From the IMG/VR virus record IMGVR_UViG_3300008262_006988: DNA of 64,000 nucleotides; one strand, given 5' to 3'. The stretch is from a virus. Within the stretch, counting starts at the first letter, position 1. Each line of letters opens with the position of its first letter. Shown one piece after another: positions 28,624-39,814 of this stretch. The position numbers were made by a program, and so were the translations under genes. The notes beneath the pieces are model-generated. The model was not told the origin of the DNA. It made no database searches and was given only the letters and a program-made list of their open reading frames with translations.

Positions 28624-29595
28624 ATGATATTCGACGAACAGATCTCACGCAAACCTAATCACTATCCTTGGACAGATGAGTTCATTGAAGCAATGCATAA
28701 CGGCTTCTGGACAGATAAAGAATTTTCCTTCAAGTCTGATGTACAGCAATTTAAAGTAAAGTTAACTGATCAAGAGAGGGAGATAGTCGTTCGTACACTT
28801 ACTGCAATCGGTCAGATTGAAGTAGCGGTAAAGACATTCTGGGCAAAGCTCGGAGAGAATCTCCCGCACCCCTCTCTACAGGATCTCGGTTACGTTATGG
28901 CTAATGTTGAAGTTATTCATAATAGCGCATACGAGCGCCTTATTACAACGTTAGGTCTCGAAAAAGTATTTGAAGAGAATTTAAAGTTAGATTGGATACA
29001 GGGGAGAGTAAAATACCTAAAAAAATACACTCACAAGTATTATAAAGATAGCAAGAAGCAATATCTTTACGCTCTTATACTTTTCACTCTCTTCGTTGAA
29101 AACGTTTCTCTGTTTTCTCAGTTCTATGTTATTAACTGGTTTGCACGTTATAAGAACGTATTAAAAGATACCGATCAGCAAGTCAAGTACACGCGCAATG
29201 AAGAGAATATTCATGCACTTGTCGGTATCAAGATTATCAACACTATTAGAGATGAATACCCGGAATTATTCGATCAGGATCTCGTTGATAAAGTCATTCA
29301 TGAAGCAAGAGAAGCTTACGATTCTGAATCCAAAATTATCGATTGGATGGTAAATGGAATACAGGAAGAAGGATTGAGTGCTTCAGTTTTAAAAGAATTT
29401 GTAAAAAATAGAATAAATGAATCGCTTGCCCAGATAAAATTTCCTAATGCATTTGATACTGATAAAACTCTTCTATCATCAACAAAATGGTTTGAAGAGG
29501 AATTACTTGGTAATAACATGACAGACTTCTTTCATAGCCGTCCTGTCGAGTACTCAAAGAAGAATCAATCTTTCTCAGAGGACGATTTATTTTAA
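28624..29595 (+). CDS. nrdB: Ribonucleotide reductase class Ia beta subunit
   Basis: EVIHNSAY, VENVSLFSQF, EENIH di-iron ligands, DFFHSRPVEY tail. Confidence 0.93.
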   Translation: MIFDEQISRKPNHYPWTDEFIEAMHNGFWTDKEFSFKSDVQQFKVKLTDQEREIVVRTLTAIGQIEVAVKTFWAKLGENLPHPSLQDLGYVMANVEVIHNSAYERLITTLGLEKVFEENLKLDWIQGRVKYLKKYTHKYYKDSKKQYLYALILFTLFVENVSLFSQFYVINWFARYKNVLKDTDQQVKYTRNEENIHALVGIKIINTIRDEYPELFDQDLVDKVIHEAREAYDSESKIIDWMVNGIQEEGLSASVLKEFVKNRINESLAQIKFPNAFDTDKTLLSSTKWFEEELLGNNMTDFFHSRPVEYSKKNQSFSEDDLF

Positions 29596-29635
29596 TTTCT
29601 GTTGTTAACAGAAATTTTGTATATATACTCTTTAT

Positions 29636-31294
29636 ATGATGAACAAGGACATTTATTGGCTAAACAAAGACTCGCGAAAATTTCTCGAACGCGGTTATTT
29701 GTTAGAGGGTGAGACAGCAGAGCAGAGAATTAGAGATATAGCTGAGGCAGCTGAAGGTTATCTTAAGTCAAAAGGATTTGCTGATAAGTTTGAGAATTAC
29801 ATGCATCGTGGGTTTTATTCTCTTTCAAGTCCGATTTGGAGTAATTTCGGTCGCAAACGCGGTTTACCTATTTCATGTTTTGGTTCGTATATTTGTGATA
29901 CCCTTGAGTGCATCATGCACAAGGTCGCCGAAGTTGGAATTATGACGGCAGGTGGCGGTGGAACGTCTGCTTACTTTGGTGCTTTGAGAGGGCGTGGTGT
30001 ACCTATTTCATCGGGCGGTGAATCAACTGGATCTGTACACTTCATGGAGCTTTATAATAAGTTAATGAATGTAGTCTCACAGGGTAACGTACGGCGAGGC
30101 TCATTTGCCGCGTATCTCCCTATTGATCACCCGGACATTGAAGAGTTCTTAAAGATCCGTTCAGAAGGTAACGAGATTCAGGATCTTTCTATTGGTGTAT
30201 GTGTATCTGATGAATGGATGAAGAAGATGATTGACGGCGATAAAGAAGCTCGTCGTATCTGGGGACTTGTTATCAAGAAGCGTTTTGAATCTGGTTATCC
30301 CTATATTTTCTTTAGTGATAATGCCAACAACCAAGCACCGCAAATTTATAAGGATAAGGGACTAAAAATTAATCATAGTAACTTATGTAGTGAGATTTTT
30401 CTTTCTAATAGTGAGGAAGAGTCGTTTGTCTGCGACCTTTCATCTCTCAATTTAGAGACGTGGGAGGAATGGAAGGATACAGATGCTACAGAAGTTTTAG
30501 TATATTTCTTGGATGCGGTAATGACAGAGTTTATTAACAAGACAGAGGGTATAAAGTTTATGGAGGCTCCTAGAAAGTTTGCTATAAATCAGAGAGCGTT
30601 GGGAGTTGGTGTTCTTGGTTGGCATTCTCTGTTACAATCCAAAATGATTGGCTTTGAATCGTTGGAAGCAAAAATGCTAAATAATCAAGTCTGGAAGGGA
30701 ATCAGAGAGCGAGCTGATTATGCAACAAGATTTTTAGCAAAAAATTATGGTAATGCTCCAATTTACGAAGGGAGCGAATATACAAGAAGAAACACTACAA
30801 CCCTCGCTGTTGCTCCTACTACATCGTCAAGTTTTATTCTTGGACAAGTATCACCGAGCATCGAGCCTTTAAACTCTAACTACTTTGTTAAAGATCTTGC
30901 TAAAGGTAAGTTTACTTTTAAGAACCCTCATCTTAAAAAGCTATTGAAAGAAAAAGGCAAAGACGATGATGATACCTGGAAGTCGATCCTTATTAAAGGA
31001 GGCAGTGTACAGCATCTCGATTTCTTAACGCAAGATGAAAAAGACGTATTTAAGACCTTTGGTGAAATTTCACAGAAAGAAATTATTATTCAGGCTGCTG
31101 CGCGTCAAAAATATATTGATCAAGGTCAATCTCTTAATCTTATGATTCCACCAAACACAAAGCCAAAAGAAGTTAATGAGCTTATGATCTTTGCATGGGA
31201 GCAAGGTATTAAATCACTTTATTATCAGCGGAGTGCAAATCCAGCTCAAGAACTCGCACGGTCTATTATGACTTGTAAATCTTGTGAAGGATAA
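29636..31294 (+). CDS. nrdA: Ribonucleotide reductase class Ia alpha subunit (short, no ATP cone)
   Basis: PISCF, RRGS, SNLCSEI, APTTSSS, KSLYYQR, C-terminal CKSCEG. Confidence 0.93.
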   Translation: MMNKDIYWLNKDSRKFLERGYLLEGETAEQRIRDIAEAAEGYLKSKGFADKFENYMHRGFYSLSSPIWSNFGRKRGLPISCFGSYICDTLECIMHKVAEVGIMTAGGGGTSAYFGALRGRGVPISSGGESTGSVHFMELYNKLMNVVSQGNVRRGSFAAYLPIDHPDIEEFLKIRSEGNEIQDLSIGVCVSDEWMKKMIDGDKEARRIWGLVIKKRFESGYPYIFFSDNANNQAPQIYKDKGLKINHSNLCSEIFLSNSEEESFVCDLSSLNLETWEEWKDTDATEVLVYFLDAVMTEFINKTEGIKFMEAPRKFAINQRALGVGVLGWHSLLQSKMIGFESLEAKMLNNQVWKGIRERADYATRFLAKNYGNAPIYEGSEYTRRNTTTLAVAPTTSSSFILGQVSPSIEPLNSNYFVKDLAKGKFTFKNPHLKKLLKEKGKDDDDTWKSILIKGGSVQHLDFLTQDEKDVFKTFGEISQKEIIIQAAARQKYIDQGQSLNLMIPPNTKPKEVNELMIFAWEQGIKSLYYQRSANPAQELARSIMTCKSCEG

Positions 31295-31326
31295 TATAAA
31301 AAAATGTCTGTTAAAATAAATAATTA

Positions 31327-32668
31327 ATGTTAAATACTTCTGTGAATACTAAACGTATACTTCTTGATGAGCGCGTAGAAATGAAAGTCGCGGTGGATCC
31401 GTTGACTGAGAATACTATTTATTGTAGACCGTTCGAGGAAGATGTACACAATGTAAGCGCATTTACAGTTAATGGACAAGAATTTGTACATAATTACCTG
31501 ACGAGCATAGATAACCAGAAATATATTGTAACGAATGTCATTACTGAAGATGGTGATATATATGAAGATGTGCGATTTAAATTAACTGTTGTAGAAGAAG
31601 GTGCATTACCTCTGTGTGTTGTAAATTTAAGAAAAGAAACACCTGTAAAAGAGCATGTTCCTCTTAGTGAGAATACTATAACTTATACTGAACCAATGAA
31701 CCGAAATACAGAAACCATTACGTATCGATGAGAGTGTTGAAGAAACTCTAGCTGAGAAAGCTAGCAGTTCAATTATTGAAGTTAAAGAAATAACAAGCGC
31801 TATAGCTGAAAAGCTTAATGAACGTTTTGAATTACACACTCATGCTCTTGAAAAGTACACAGAATCATCTTATAAAACTGCATTACAAAATATAGAATCG
31901 CAATTTGAAAATTATCAGGAACAGATTGTAGAGAGTACAGATGAGAGAATTTCGCAGTTCGTTGATAAAGCTTTAACAGAGAAAATTAATTATTCTATTA
32001 TTGAAGTTAAAGAAATTACAAGCGATATAGCTGAAAAGCTTAATGAAAGCTTTGAGTCGCGTACTCATGCTCTTGAAAAGTACACAGAATCATCTTATAA
32101 AGCTGCATTACAAAATATTGAACGGATTGCAGAGAGTGCAGATGAGAGAATCTCTGAGTGTGTTGAAGCTGTAAAACAACAACAATCTTTAGTACGTGAC
32201 GTCACCGCAAAATTAAATGAACAAAATAGTACGTTTATTGAGAAAGTAAAGACGCGTGCTGTGAGCGAGGTAGAAAAATTTCTTAGTGAAAAACATGAGT
32301 CTTTTAATAAGATTCTCAATCTTGATAAACAAGTTGCAAAACTTATACAAGAAAATAACAATTTAAAAAATAGCATTAATCAACTAAATCACGAAAAAGC
32401 CAATATTAAGGCACTTGTTGAAAGTGCAAAAACGTACACAGATACCCGGGTATCGAAAGCGTCAAGAGATGCAGAGTATTACGCACGTAGAATACTCGAT
32501 CTCGGCAGTGGCGGTGGAACGGTAGCAGCACAGTTTGCCAATGGCGGTGTAATGAATGGTGATTTGACTATTAACGGTAATATTCTCAGTGGCGGCAATA
32601 ACCTTGTCAATGTATTCGCTGGCGAAGGTGGCGGTGATGATAACCCGATTAACGCTGGTGAATATTGA
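31327..32668 (+). pseudogene. Late coiled-coil/virion protein split by a +1 frameshift near 31700-31728
   Basis: First frame stops at 31731; second frame is open 31700-32668 without ATG until far downstream and ends RRILDLGSGGGTVAAQFANGGVMNGDL. Confidence 0.65.
31768..32160 (+). repeat. Imperfect 225-bp tandem duplication
   Basis: TTCwATTATTGAAGTTAAAGAAAT...CATGCTCTTGAAAAGTACACAGAATCATCTTATAAA at 31768 and 31993. Confidence 0.85.
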
Positions 32669-32725
32669 TTTTTTGTAGTATCATTGTATACAAATTGGTA
32701 TTGTTTGATATAAATATATGTGTCT

Positions 32726-35700
32726 ATGTCCAAGAACATTATTAGAATCAAACGTCGTATTGTTGGTGATCCTGTACCTCCAAGCTCTCTTTTAAATGGT
32801 GAATTAGCTTATAATGAAGTAAATTCAGTATTATACTACGGTGCTTCCGCGAGTATTGAGGCAATTGCTGGCAGTGGTATGTTCGTCGATCGCACCACAA
32901 ATCAGACTATTTCTGGTGAAAAGACATTCGAGGACAAAGCATTTTTTAACGATGATGTTGATATCTTACAGAATGTTACAGTTTTTGGTAATCTTTCAGT
33001 TCTCGGTGATACAACAACTATTGATACCTTTTTATTAACAACGAGTGCAGTAGAAGTAACGAATAGTGGTACAGGGCCCGCATTATCGGTTACACAAACA
33101 GGGCCTGAAGATGTTGCTGTATTTTATGATGATGCGCAGTGTGCGTTAGTGATAAAAGACGGTGGCAATGTTGGTATAAATGTTTGTGATCCAAACGAGA
33201 AACTCACTGTCGCAGGTAGCATCTCAGCAACAAATGACTTATTTATCGACGGTGCGACCACACTTAAGGGCTCCGTCTTCATAGACGATACCCTAAACGT
33301 CACGGATGCAGTAGACTTTGACTCAACATTAAATGTTGACGGTGCCGCAACCCTTAAATCGACACTTGACGTAATAGGTGCTTCAACTTTCGCAGATACA
33401 CTCTCCGCTCAAGGAGCATTAACAGTCGATGGTACTTCTACCTTAAATGGATCAGTTACCGTTGACGACACGTTAAACGTTACGGGTGCTACCGATTTCG
33501 ATTCAACATTAAATGTTGACGGTGCTGTTACTTTTGCTTCAACGCTCTCCACGCAAGGTACGGTAACGATCGATGGCGCTACTGATCTTAATTCAACGCT
33601 AAGCGTTGACGGAGCTACAACACTGGGGTCTACTCTTGATGTCACTGGTACTTCAACATTTGCTTCTTCAGTCTCTGCACAAGGTGCTTTAACAGTTGAT
33701 GGTGCTTCTACCTTAAATGGATCAGTTACTGTTGATGATACGTTGAATGTTACTGGAGCAACTGATCTCGATTCAACCTTAAACGTTGATGGAGCTGCTA
33801 CATTTGCTTCAACCCTTTCTGCTCAAGGAGCAGTAACAATCGAAGGTGCTACTACCATTAACAATACATTAAATGTTACCGGCGCTGCTACATTTGCTTC
33901 TTCTGTCTCTGCACAAGGCGCTTTAACAGTTGATGGTGCTTCTACCTTAAATGGATCAGTTACTGTTGATGATACGTTAAACGTTACAGGCGCTACCGAT
34001 CTAGATTCAACCTTAAACGTCGATGGTGCGGTAACTCTCGCTTTAACGCTTTCTACACAAGGCGCGGTAACGATCGATGGCGCTACTACCATTAACAATA
34101 CGCTAAATGTTACGGGCGCTGTAGACCTTGATTCAACATTAAATGTTGACGGTGCTGTTACTTTCGCTTCAACCCTCTCTACACACGGCACTTTAACAGT
34201 TGATGATACTTCTACCTTAAACGGCGCTGTAACTATTGATGATACGCTAAATGTTACGGGCGCTGTAGACCTTGATTCAACATTAAATGTTGACGGTGCT
34301 GTTACTTTTGCTGATACACTCTCTACTATTGGTAATATATACGGTGCTAGTGGTTTAGAGATTGGTAGTGGTGTCACGACTTTGTTTGTCGAAAGCGGTA
34401 AGGTCGGTATTAATAACGATGTACCAAATGAGGAATTAACAGTTACAGGGTCTATTTCTGCAAGCGAAAATATATACGCTGTCGATGGTAACTTAACCGG
34501 TACATTGAACGTAGGTGGTACTGCTACTATTAATACTATTAATACCGGGGCAACAAATTCAGTTATTATAGAGTCAACAGGTCTTGTTCAGAAAAGAGAA
34601 ATAAATCCACAAGTGTGGGACACTACAGCAGTTTTTGTTTCTGCTTCCGATGGTGTTTTAACAGTTGATAGACTCACCAAAGCAACTAACTCAAACGGAA
34701 TTAACGAAAGTATTGTTACAGACGATGGCTCTCTCGTAACCGTTAACGGTAATCTAAGCGCTACTGGTACTACGGCTTTTGATTCTTCACTAAATGTTAA
34801 AGGAGCTGTAGATTTTGACTCGACTTTAAGTGTCGGTGATTCAGTACTTATTGAAGGTGATACCACTATAGCTAATACATTAAGTGTTACAAGTAATGTA
34901 ATATTTGATTCGAGCTTAGATGTTAAAGGTATCACGACACTCGACAGCGGTAGTATAAACACCGATGGGGTAGGTAATATTACACTTACAGGTAATGTAT
35001 CAGCGAATAATCTCTCATTAAATCAAAGTGCTGTAGTTAAAGGTGATTTAACGGTTTTTGGAAATTTAACAGCACTCGGTGACACTACGGTTATTGAGAC
35101 GACAACAACGGTTACAAGTGCATTCTCAATAACAAATGCAGGTTCACAGACTGCTCTTACCGTAACACAAAGAGGCGCTCAAGACGTTGCAGCTTTCTAT
35201 GATGGTGAGCTTACTGAGCCAGCACTTATCGTAAAAGATAATGGCAGAATTGGTGTCAATACTTCAACTCCTTCAGTTGAACTTACAGTTGCAGGTAGTA
35301 TTTCTGCTTCTGGTGATTTAAATGTAGTTGGTGATGTAGGCTTCGACTCACAGTTACAGGTACAAGGCAACACAACCATTGCCTCCTCTCTCACCACCAT
35401 GGGTGATTTAAGTGTGTTTACTGATTCTTACTTAAACGGTAATTCTTATCTATACGGAGCGACCACTATAGATAATACATTAAATGTTACTGGAACTGTA
35501 GACCTTGATGCAACGTTAAATGTTGACGGCGAAGCGGTGTTTAATTCAGCAGTTACTGCTTACGGTGATACATTTTTCCAGCAATCGATACACGTTACTG
35601 GTAGTGCAACTTTCGACGATGCTGCAACTTTTGCTTCTACTGTTTCTGCACATGGTACAATATATGGCGACAATGGTTTAGAGATTTCTTCAGGTGTTGG

Positions 35701-38041
35701 TAATACCACTCTTTACGTAGAAGATACTAAAGTGGGTATTAATACTGAAACCCCTAATGAGGAATTAACTGTCGTAGGTTCTATTAGTTCTAATGAGATA
35801 ATCTATGATTCGGTTGGAAATTCAGCTAATTGGAATAGTGTTTATAGTAATGTAAACAGTACATCTGCTAATATCGCTGCAAAGCTTGATTCAGTTTATA
35901 GTAACGTTAATAGCGCTTCAGCTAATTGGAATAGCGTTTACAGTAATGTTAACAGTACATCTGCTAATATCGCTGCAAAGCTTGATTCAGTTTATAGTAA
36001 CGTTAATAGCTCTTCAGCTAATTGGAATAGTGTTTATAGTAATGTAAATTCATTAAGTGCTGAAAACGCTACACGCAATTATGTCTATAGTAACTTTTTG
36101 TCACTTACGGGCGGCACTCTTACAGGTAAATTATCTACCGGGTCAACATCAACGCAGGCGGGATTAAACATTGGTAATGGCACCATACCTACATCACCTC
36201 AAGTCGGTGATATTTGGATGCAGCAATTCTCGCTTAATTGGCGCTCTCCTACCGGTACACATGCTGCAGCACTTACAAACGGTAGTAATACATTTAACAA
36301 GACACAAATAATTGCAGTAAACGATAGCGATACAACATTGCGATTAACGCAGGCGGGTACAGGCAATGTTTTAGTGGTTGAGGATAGTACTAATCCAGAT
36401 GCAACACCGTTTGTTATCAATAATACCGGTAATGTCGGTATCGGTGTCACACCAATACCTGATCCAAACATTAAATTAACCGTTTCTGGTAATATATCCG
36501 CATCAGGTACAATATTAGGTTCCAACTTAAATGTAGCGAACTGGGATTCTGTTTATTCTAATGTCTGGTCAAATTCCGGTACATATGCCACTGTTGCTTT
36601 TGCAGACAATAAGTTTTTCCCGCTTACCGGTGGTCTTATTACCGGTAATACAAGAATTAACGGTGATGTGACTATTTTCGGTAATCTTACTTCAACCGGT
36701 ACACAAACATTTGCAAATACAATATTCACAACAACAAGTGCTTTAAGTGTTGTGCATTTTGGAAGCGGGCCAGCGATGTGGGTAGGTAACAATGGTTCAG
36801 GTGATATTGCATCCTTCTATGATATCGATCAAGATATTGAGATCTTTCACGTTGGTGGTGAGAATAGTATAGCTCCTAATGTCGGTGTTAAGACATCATA
36901 CCCAAATAAAGATTTTACCGTCAACGGTGAAATGAGTGCTTCAGGTATTATTTGGTCTACCGATGGTGATTCAAGTCAATGGTCTTCAACATATAGTACA
37001 GTTTATACAAACAGTGCTTACTGGAATGAACCAAAATCCGATGTACGTTTATTATCATCAAATTGGGAAGATACATACAGCACAGTTCAGAGTAACAGCG
37101 CTCAATGGGCTTCTAATGATACCGAATTAGTTAATCTTACAGGTAACTGGGAGAGTACATACAGTGCAGTACAGACTAACTCTGCTTACTGGAATGAACC
37201 AAAATCCGATGTACGTTTATTATCATCAAATTGGGAAGATACATATAGTATAGTACTCACGAATTCTGCTCAATGGGCTTCTAATGATACCGAATTAGTT
37301 AATCTTACAGGTAACTGGGAGAGCACTTATACGGCTGTTCAAATTAATAGTGCATATTGGAATGAACCAAAATCTGATGTACGTTTATTATCGGCAAATT
37401 GGGAAGATACATATACATCTGTTAACAGTAATAGTAGTTTCTGGGTGGATACATATAGCACAGTTCTTGCAAACTCTGCTTATTGGAATGAGCCGAAGTC
37501 TGACGTTACAGCATTAACTAGTAACTGGGAGAATACATATACTACAGTTTTCACTAACAGTGCTTCGAATTGGGAGAATAGTTCTGTAATAAGTTATGTC
37601 GATGCTACTTTCTTACCATTAACCGGTGGTATAATAACAGGTGACTTAACTGTAACAAATACCATCTCTTGCGGAAACGGCTTGGTAGTTGACGGTGGGG
37701 TAAATACTACTCTATATGTTGAAGATACAAAGGTAGGTATCAATACTGAAACACCGAATCACGCACTTGCAGTTGTCGGTAGCATAAGTGCTACTGGTTC
37801 GTATTACGGCGATGGTTCGCAGTTAACAGGTATAGTTGCGGGTGATACGCAAGCAACGACATTAGTTAGATCAAATTCCGGCTTCTGGCAAGATACATAC
37901 ACAACAGTTCAAGCAAATTCAGGTAGTTATGTGACAACTGTTACCACTAACACCCCCGGAACGAGTGCTGTGACAAAAATTGTTGCTGTTTCAGCTCTTC
38001 CTGTTGTACAAGACCCGACAACATTATATATATTAATATAA
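32726..38041 (+). CDS. Very long repeat-rich tail/virion fibre protein
   Basis: IRIKRR..GELAYNE N-terminus, TLNVTGA/STLNVDGA beta repeats, KVGIN modules, NWxSxYS repeats; TATAAATA at 32709. Confidence 0.85.
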   Translation: MSKNIIRIKRRIVGDPVPPSSLLNGELAYNEVNSVLYYGASASIEAIAGSGMFVDRTTNQTISGEKTFEDKAFFNDDVDILQNVTVFGNLSVLGDTTTIDTFLLTTSAVEVTNSGTGPALSVTQTGPEDVAVFYDDAQCALVIKDGGNVGINVCDPNEKLTVAGSISATNDLFIDGATTLKGSVFIDDTLNVTDAVDFDSTLNVDGAATLKSTLDVIGASTFADTLSAQGALTVDGTSTLNGSVTVDDTLNVTGATDFDSTLNVDGAVTFASTLSTQGTVTIDGATDLNSTLSVDGATTLGSTLDVTGTSTFASSVSAQGALTVDGASTLNGSVTVDDTLNVTGATDLDSTLNVDGAATFASTLSAQGAVTIEGATTINNTLNVTGAATFASSVSAQGALTVDGASTLNGSVTVDDTLNVTGATDLDSTLNVDGAVTLALTLSTQGAVTIDGATTINNTLNVTGAVDLDSTLNVDGAVTFASTLSTHGTLTVDDTSTLNGAVTIDDTLNVTGAVDLDSTLNVDGAVTFADTLSTIGNIYGASGLEIGSGVTTLFVESGKVGINNDVPNEELTVTGSISASENIYAVDGNLTGTLNVGGTATINTINTGATNSVIIESTGLVQKREINPQVWDTTAVFVSASDGVLTVDRLTKATNSNGINESIVTDDGSLVTVNGNLSATGTTAFDSSLNVKGAVDFDSTLSVGDSVLIEGDTTIANTLSVTSNVIFDSSLDVKGITTLDSGSINTDGVGNITLTGNVSANNLSLNQSAVVKGDLTVFGNLTALGDTTVIETTTTVTSAFSITNAGSQTALTVTQRGAQDVAAFYDGELTEPALIVKDNGRIGVNTSTPSVELTVAGSISASGDLNVVGDVGFDSQLQVQGNTTIASSLTTMGDLSVFTDSYLNGNSYLYGATTIDNTLNVTGTVDLDATLNVDGEAVFNSAVTAYGDTFFQQSIHVTGSATFDDAATFASTVSAHGTIYGDNGLEISSGVGNTTLYVEDTKVGINTETPNEELTVVGSISSNEIIYDSVGNSANWNSVYSNVNSTSANIAAKLDSVYSNVNSASANWNSVYSNVNSTSANIAAKLDSVYSNVNSSSANWNSVYSNVNSLSAENATRNYVYSNFLSLTGGTLTGKLSTGSTSTQAGLNIGNGTIPTSPQVGDIWMQQFSLNWRSPTGTHAAALTNGSNTFNKTQIIAVNDSDTTLRLTQAGTGNVLVVEDSTNPDATPFVINNTGNVGIGVTPIPDPNIKLTVSGNISASGTILGSNLNVANWDSVYSNVWSNSGTYATVAFADNKFFPLTGGLITGNTRINGDVTIFGNLTSTGTQTFANTIFTTTSALSVVHFGSGPAMWVGNNGSGDIASFYDIDQDIEIFHVGGENSIAPNVGVKTSYPNKDFTVNGEMSASGIIWSTDGDSSQWSSTYSTVYTNSAYWNEPKSDVRLLSSNWEDTYSTVQSNSAQWASNDTELVNLTGNWESTYSAVQTNSAYWNEPKSDVRLLSSNWEDTYSIVLTNSAQWASNDTELVNLTGNWESTYTAVQINSAYWNEPKSDVRLLSANWEDTYTSVNSNSSFWVDTYSTVLANSAYWNEPKSDVTALTSNWENTYTTVFTNSASNWENSSVISYVDATFLPLTGGIITGDLTVTNTISCGNGLVVDGGVNTTLYVEDTKVGINTETPNHALAVVGSISATGSYYGDGSQLTGIVAGDTQATTLVRSNSGFWQDTYTTVQANSGSYVTTVTTNTPGTSAVTKIVAVSALPVVQDPTTLYILI
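33290..34320 (+). repeat. Coding tandem repeats (DDTLNVTGATDLDSTLNVDGA...)
   Basis: Recurrent GATTCAACATTAAATGTTGACGGTGC-type units. Confidence 0.85.
35820..36050 (+). repeat. 96-bp coding tandem repeat
   Basis: SANWNSVYSNVNSTSANIAAKLDSVYSNVNS units, about 2.4 copies. Confidence 0.85.
37015..37540 (+). repeat. 168-bp coding tandem repeat
   Basis: TGGAATGAACCAAAATCyGATGTACG recurring at 168-nt spacing (about 37021, 37189, 37357). Confidence 0.85.
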
Positions 38042-38044
38042 TAT

Positions 38045-39220
38045 ATGATATTACGCAATTCACAGTATGTTGCATTTGGTAACATAGCAGCAAAAGAAGT
38101 CTGGTTAAACTATAACCGAGTATGGCCGGCGATAACTGTATGTTATAGTTGGTTAAAAAAGCCATTAGCTACAAACACATGGTCTGATATTGTATATGGA
38201 CCTGTTAATACTTTAGTAGCCACTGGTCTGAATGTATATTCGTATTCATTAGATAATGGCAATACATGGTCATCTCTTTCTACAATTAATACAGATGCTG
38301 GTAATGAATTTTTTAATGCTGTAGCTTATGGTAACAATATGTGGTCTATGGTAGAATTTGTGCCAGCTGTAGTGGGACAAGGTGCAAAATTCTTTTATAC
38401 AAGCGTTGATGTATTAACAGGTTGGACAAAAATACCTTTTGCAAATACAACTCTAAATCCTTTGTTTTCGACTTTCTCTTATACAGACATGAGTTTTAAT
38501 CCGTATAATAATAAATTTATTGCTTTTACTGATCAAAAGAATTTAACAGGCAATGATTGCAATGCAGCTGTAATATATTCAGATGATGGAGTCACCTGGT
38601 TGAGTGGAGGTTATTTTTATCAAAACGGAACTCGTGTAACATCTCCTCAAAGTTTTGGTAATGGAATAGCAATTGGTACCAACATGCCGAATAATCGATT
38701 AGCAACGTGTGGAAGTGCTGGTGAGCACAAATTTGCTTATTCGGACAACGGAGGATTAACTTGGATTCAAGGAAATTATAGTCCTGGCCCTACTGGACAA
38801 TATCTACAAGCAGGTTTTGGGGGTAATCAAACTGCCTATGGTTATGATGGAGGTCAATATATACCATTAAGTGGAAGATATGTGGTACCGAATTTATTTG
38901 GTACCACGGGAACATATCAATTTGCATATTCTGATGATGGAATTGGGTGGATTGGTGTAAGCTATATAAATTCCCCATCCTTGTCTGCTAATCTTTGTCA
39001 AGATTGGAGCTGTGTAGCGTATGCAAACGGTAAATTTGTAGCGTTGTCAAATGCCGGTGGTTACCAAGCTGTATCAAGAGACGGCATTAATTGGACCGGG
39101 TGTCAAAATATGCCTACCGCCACAAGCAACAAGGATATTGTTGTTGCAAATAATCGCTTTGTCGCTGTGGTTGATAACGAAGCTGGAAACAATAATGCTG
39201 TGATAGCAGATTTTGTTTAA
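38045..39220 (+). CDS. Putative receptor-binding/beta-propeller protein with Asp-box repeats
   Basis: SLDNGNTW, SDDGVTW, SDNGGLTW, SDDGIGW, SRDGINW; directly after the fibre gene. Confidence 0.7.
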   Translation: MILRNSQYVAFGNIAAKEVWLNYNRVWPAITVCYSWLKKPLATNTWSDIVYGPVNTLVATGLNVYSYSLDNGNTWSSLSTINTDAGNEFFNAVAYGNNMWSMVEFVPAVVGQGAKFFYTSVDVLTGWTKIPFANTTLNPLFSTFSYTDMSFNPYNNKFIAFTDQKNLTGNDCNAAVIYSDDGVTWLSGGYFYQNGTRVTSPQSFGNGIAIGTNMPNNRLATCGSAGEHKFAYSDNGGLTWIQGNYSPGPTGQYLQAGFGGNQTAYGYDGGQYIPLSGRYVVPNLFGTTGTYQFAYSDDGIGWIGVSYINSPSLSANLCQDWSCVAYANGKFVALSNAGGYQAVSRDGINWTGCQNMPTATSNKDIVVANNRFVAVVDNEAGNNNAVIADFV

Positions 39221-39250
39221 AAAATTGTAGATTTTTTATATTACATCTAA

Positions 39251-39325
39251 TATAAATAATTATAGCTCTGGTGCTCAACCGAGACTAGAAAGACATATTA
39301 ACTCGCTTAATAAAGGAGAAAACAT
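39251..39325 (+). promoter_or_regulatory. Late promoter and structured hsp20 leader with ROSE-like thermometer
   Basis: TATAAATA 39251; CTCGCTT (39302-39308) can pair with SD AAGGAG (39313-39318) with a bulged G. Confidence 0.65.
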
Positions 39326-39814
39326 ATGACAACAACACTAAAAACATACGAACCGGCCTACACAGTAGGTCACTATGGCAGCTCAAATTACCGGCTACCT
39401 GCCATTTTTAACGACAGCTGGTTTAATTCCCTATTCGGGGATATTGATAAGGCGTTTGAAATTCCAAACGCAGTATACCCTTACAATGTAAGGGCAACAA
39501 CTAACAAAGACGGTGAAGCTACTTCATATATTGTTGAGGTTGCACTAGCCGGTGTTGGTAAGAATAACATTGACATTAAAGTAAAAGATGGTCATCTTAA
39601 GATTAATGTCAATAAAGAAGAAGAAGGCGAAGAAGAAGCTGATACCACTTATGTCCGTAAAGGAATAAGTAAACGTAAAGGCAGTCTTTCTTTTGCCTTG
39701 AGTGAAAAAACTGATGCTAAGAGCATCACATCATCATACACGGATGGGCTTTTGCGAGTAACTGTCCCTGTAAAACAACCGGAGGTCTACAATATAGATA
39801 TTAAGGTTGACTAA
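39326..39814 (+). CDS. hsp20: Small heat shock protein (Hsp20/alpha-crystallin)
   Basis: YPYNV, IVEVALAG, YVRKGIS.R, YTDGLLRVTVP. Confidence 0.9.
   Translation: MTTTLKTYEPAYTVGHYGSSNYRLPAIFNDSWFNSLFGDIDKAFEIPNAVYPYNVRATTNKDGEATSYIVEVALAGVGKNNIDIKVKDGHLKINVNKEEEGEEEADTTYVRKGISKRKGSLSFALSEKTDAKSITSSYTDGLLRVTVPVKQPEVYNIDIKVD

Noticed and set aside
33290-37540. Tandem repeats as a CRISPR array
   Set aside because: In-frame coding repeats with synonymous variation and no unique spacers; no cas genes.
18084-39220. Diversity-generating retroelement targeting the fibres
   Set aside because: No reverse transcriptase and no adenine-specific template/variable repeat pair seen in this window.
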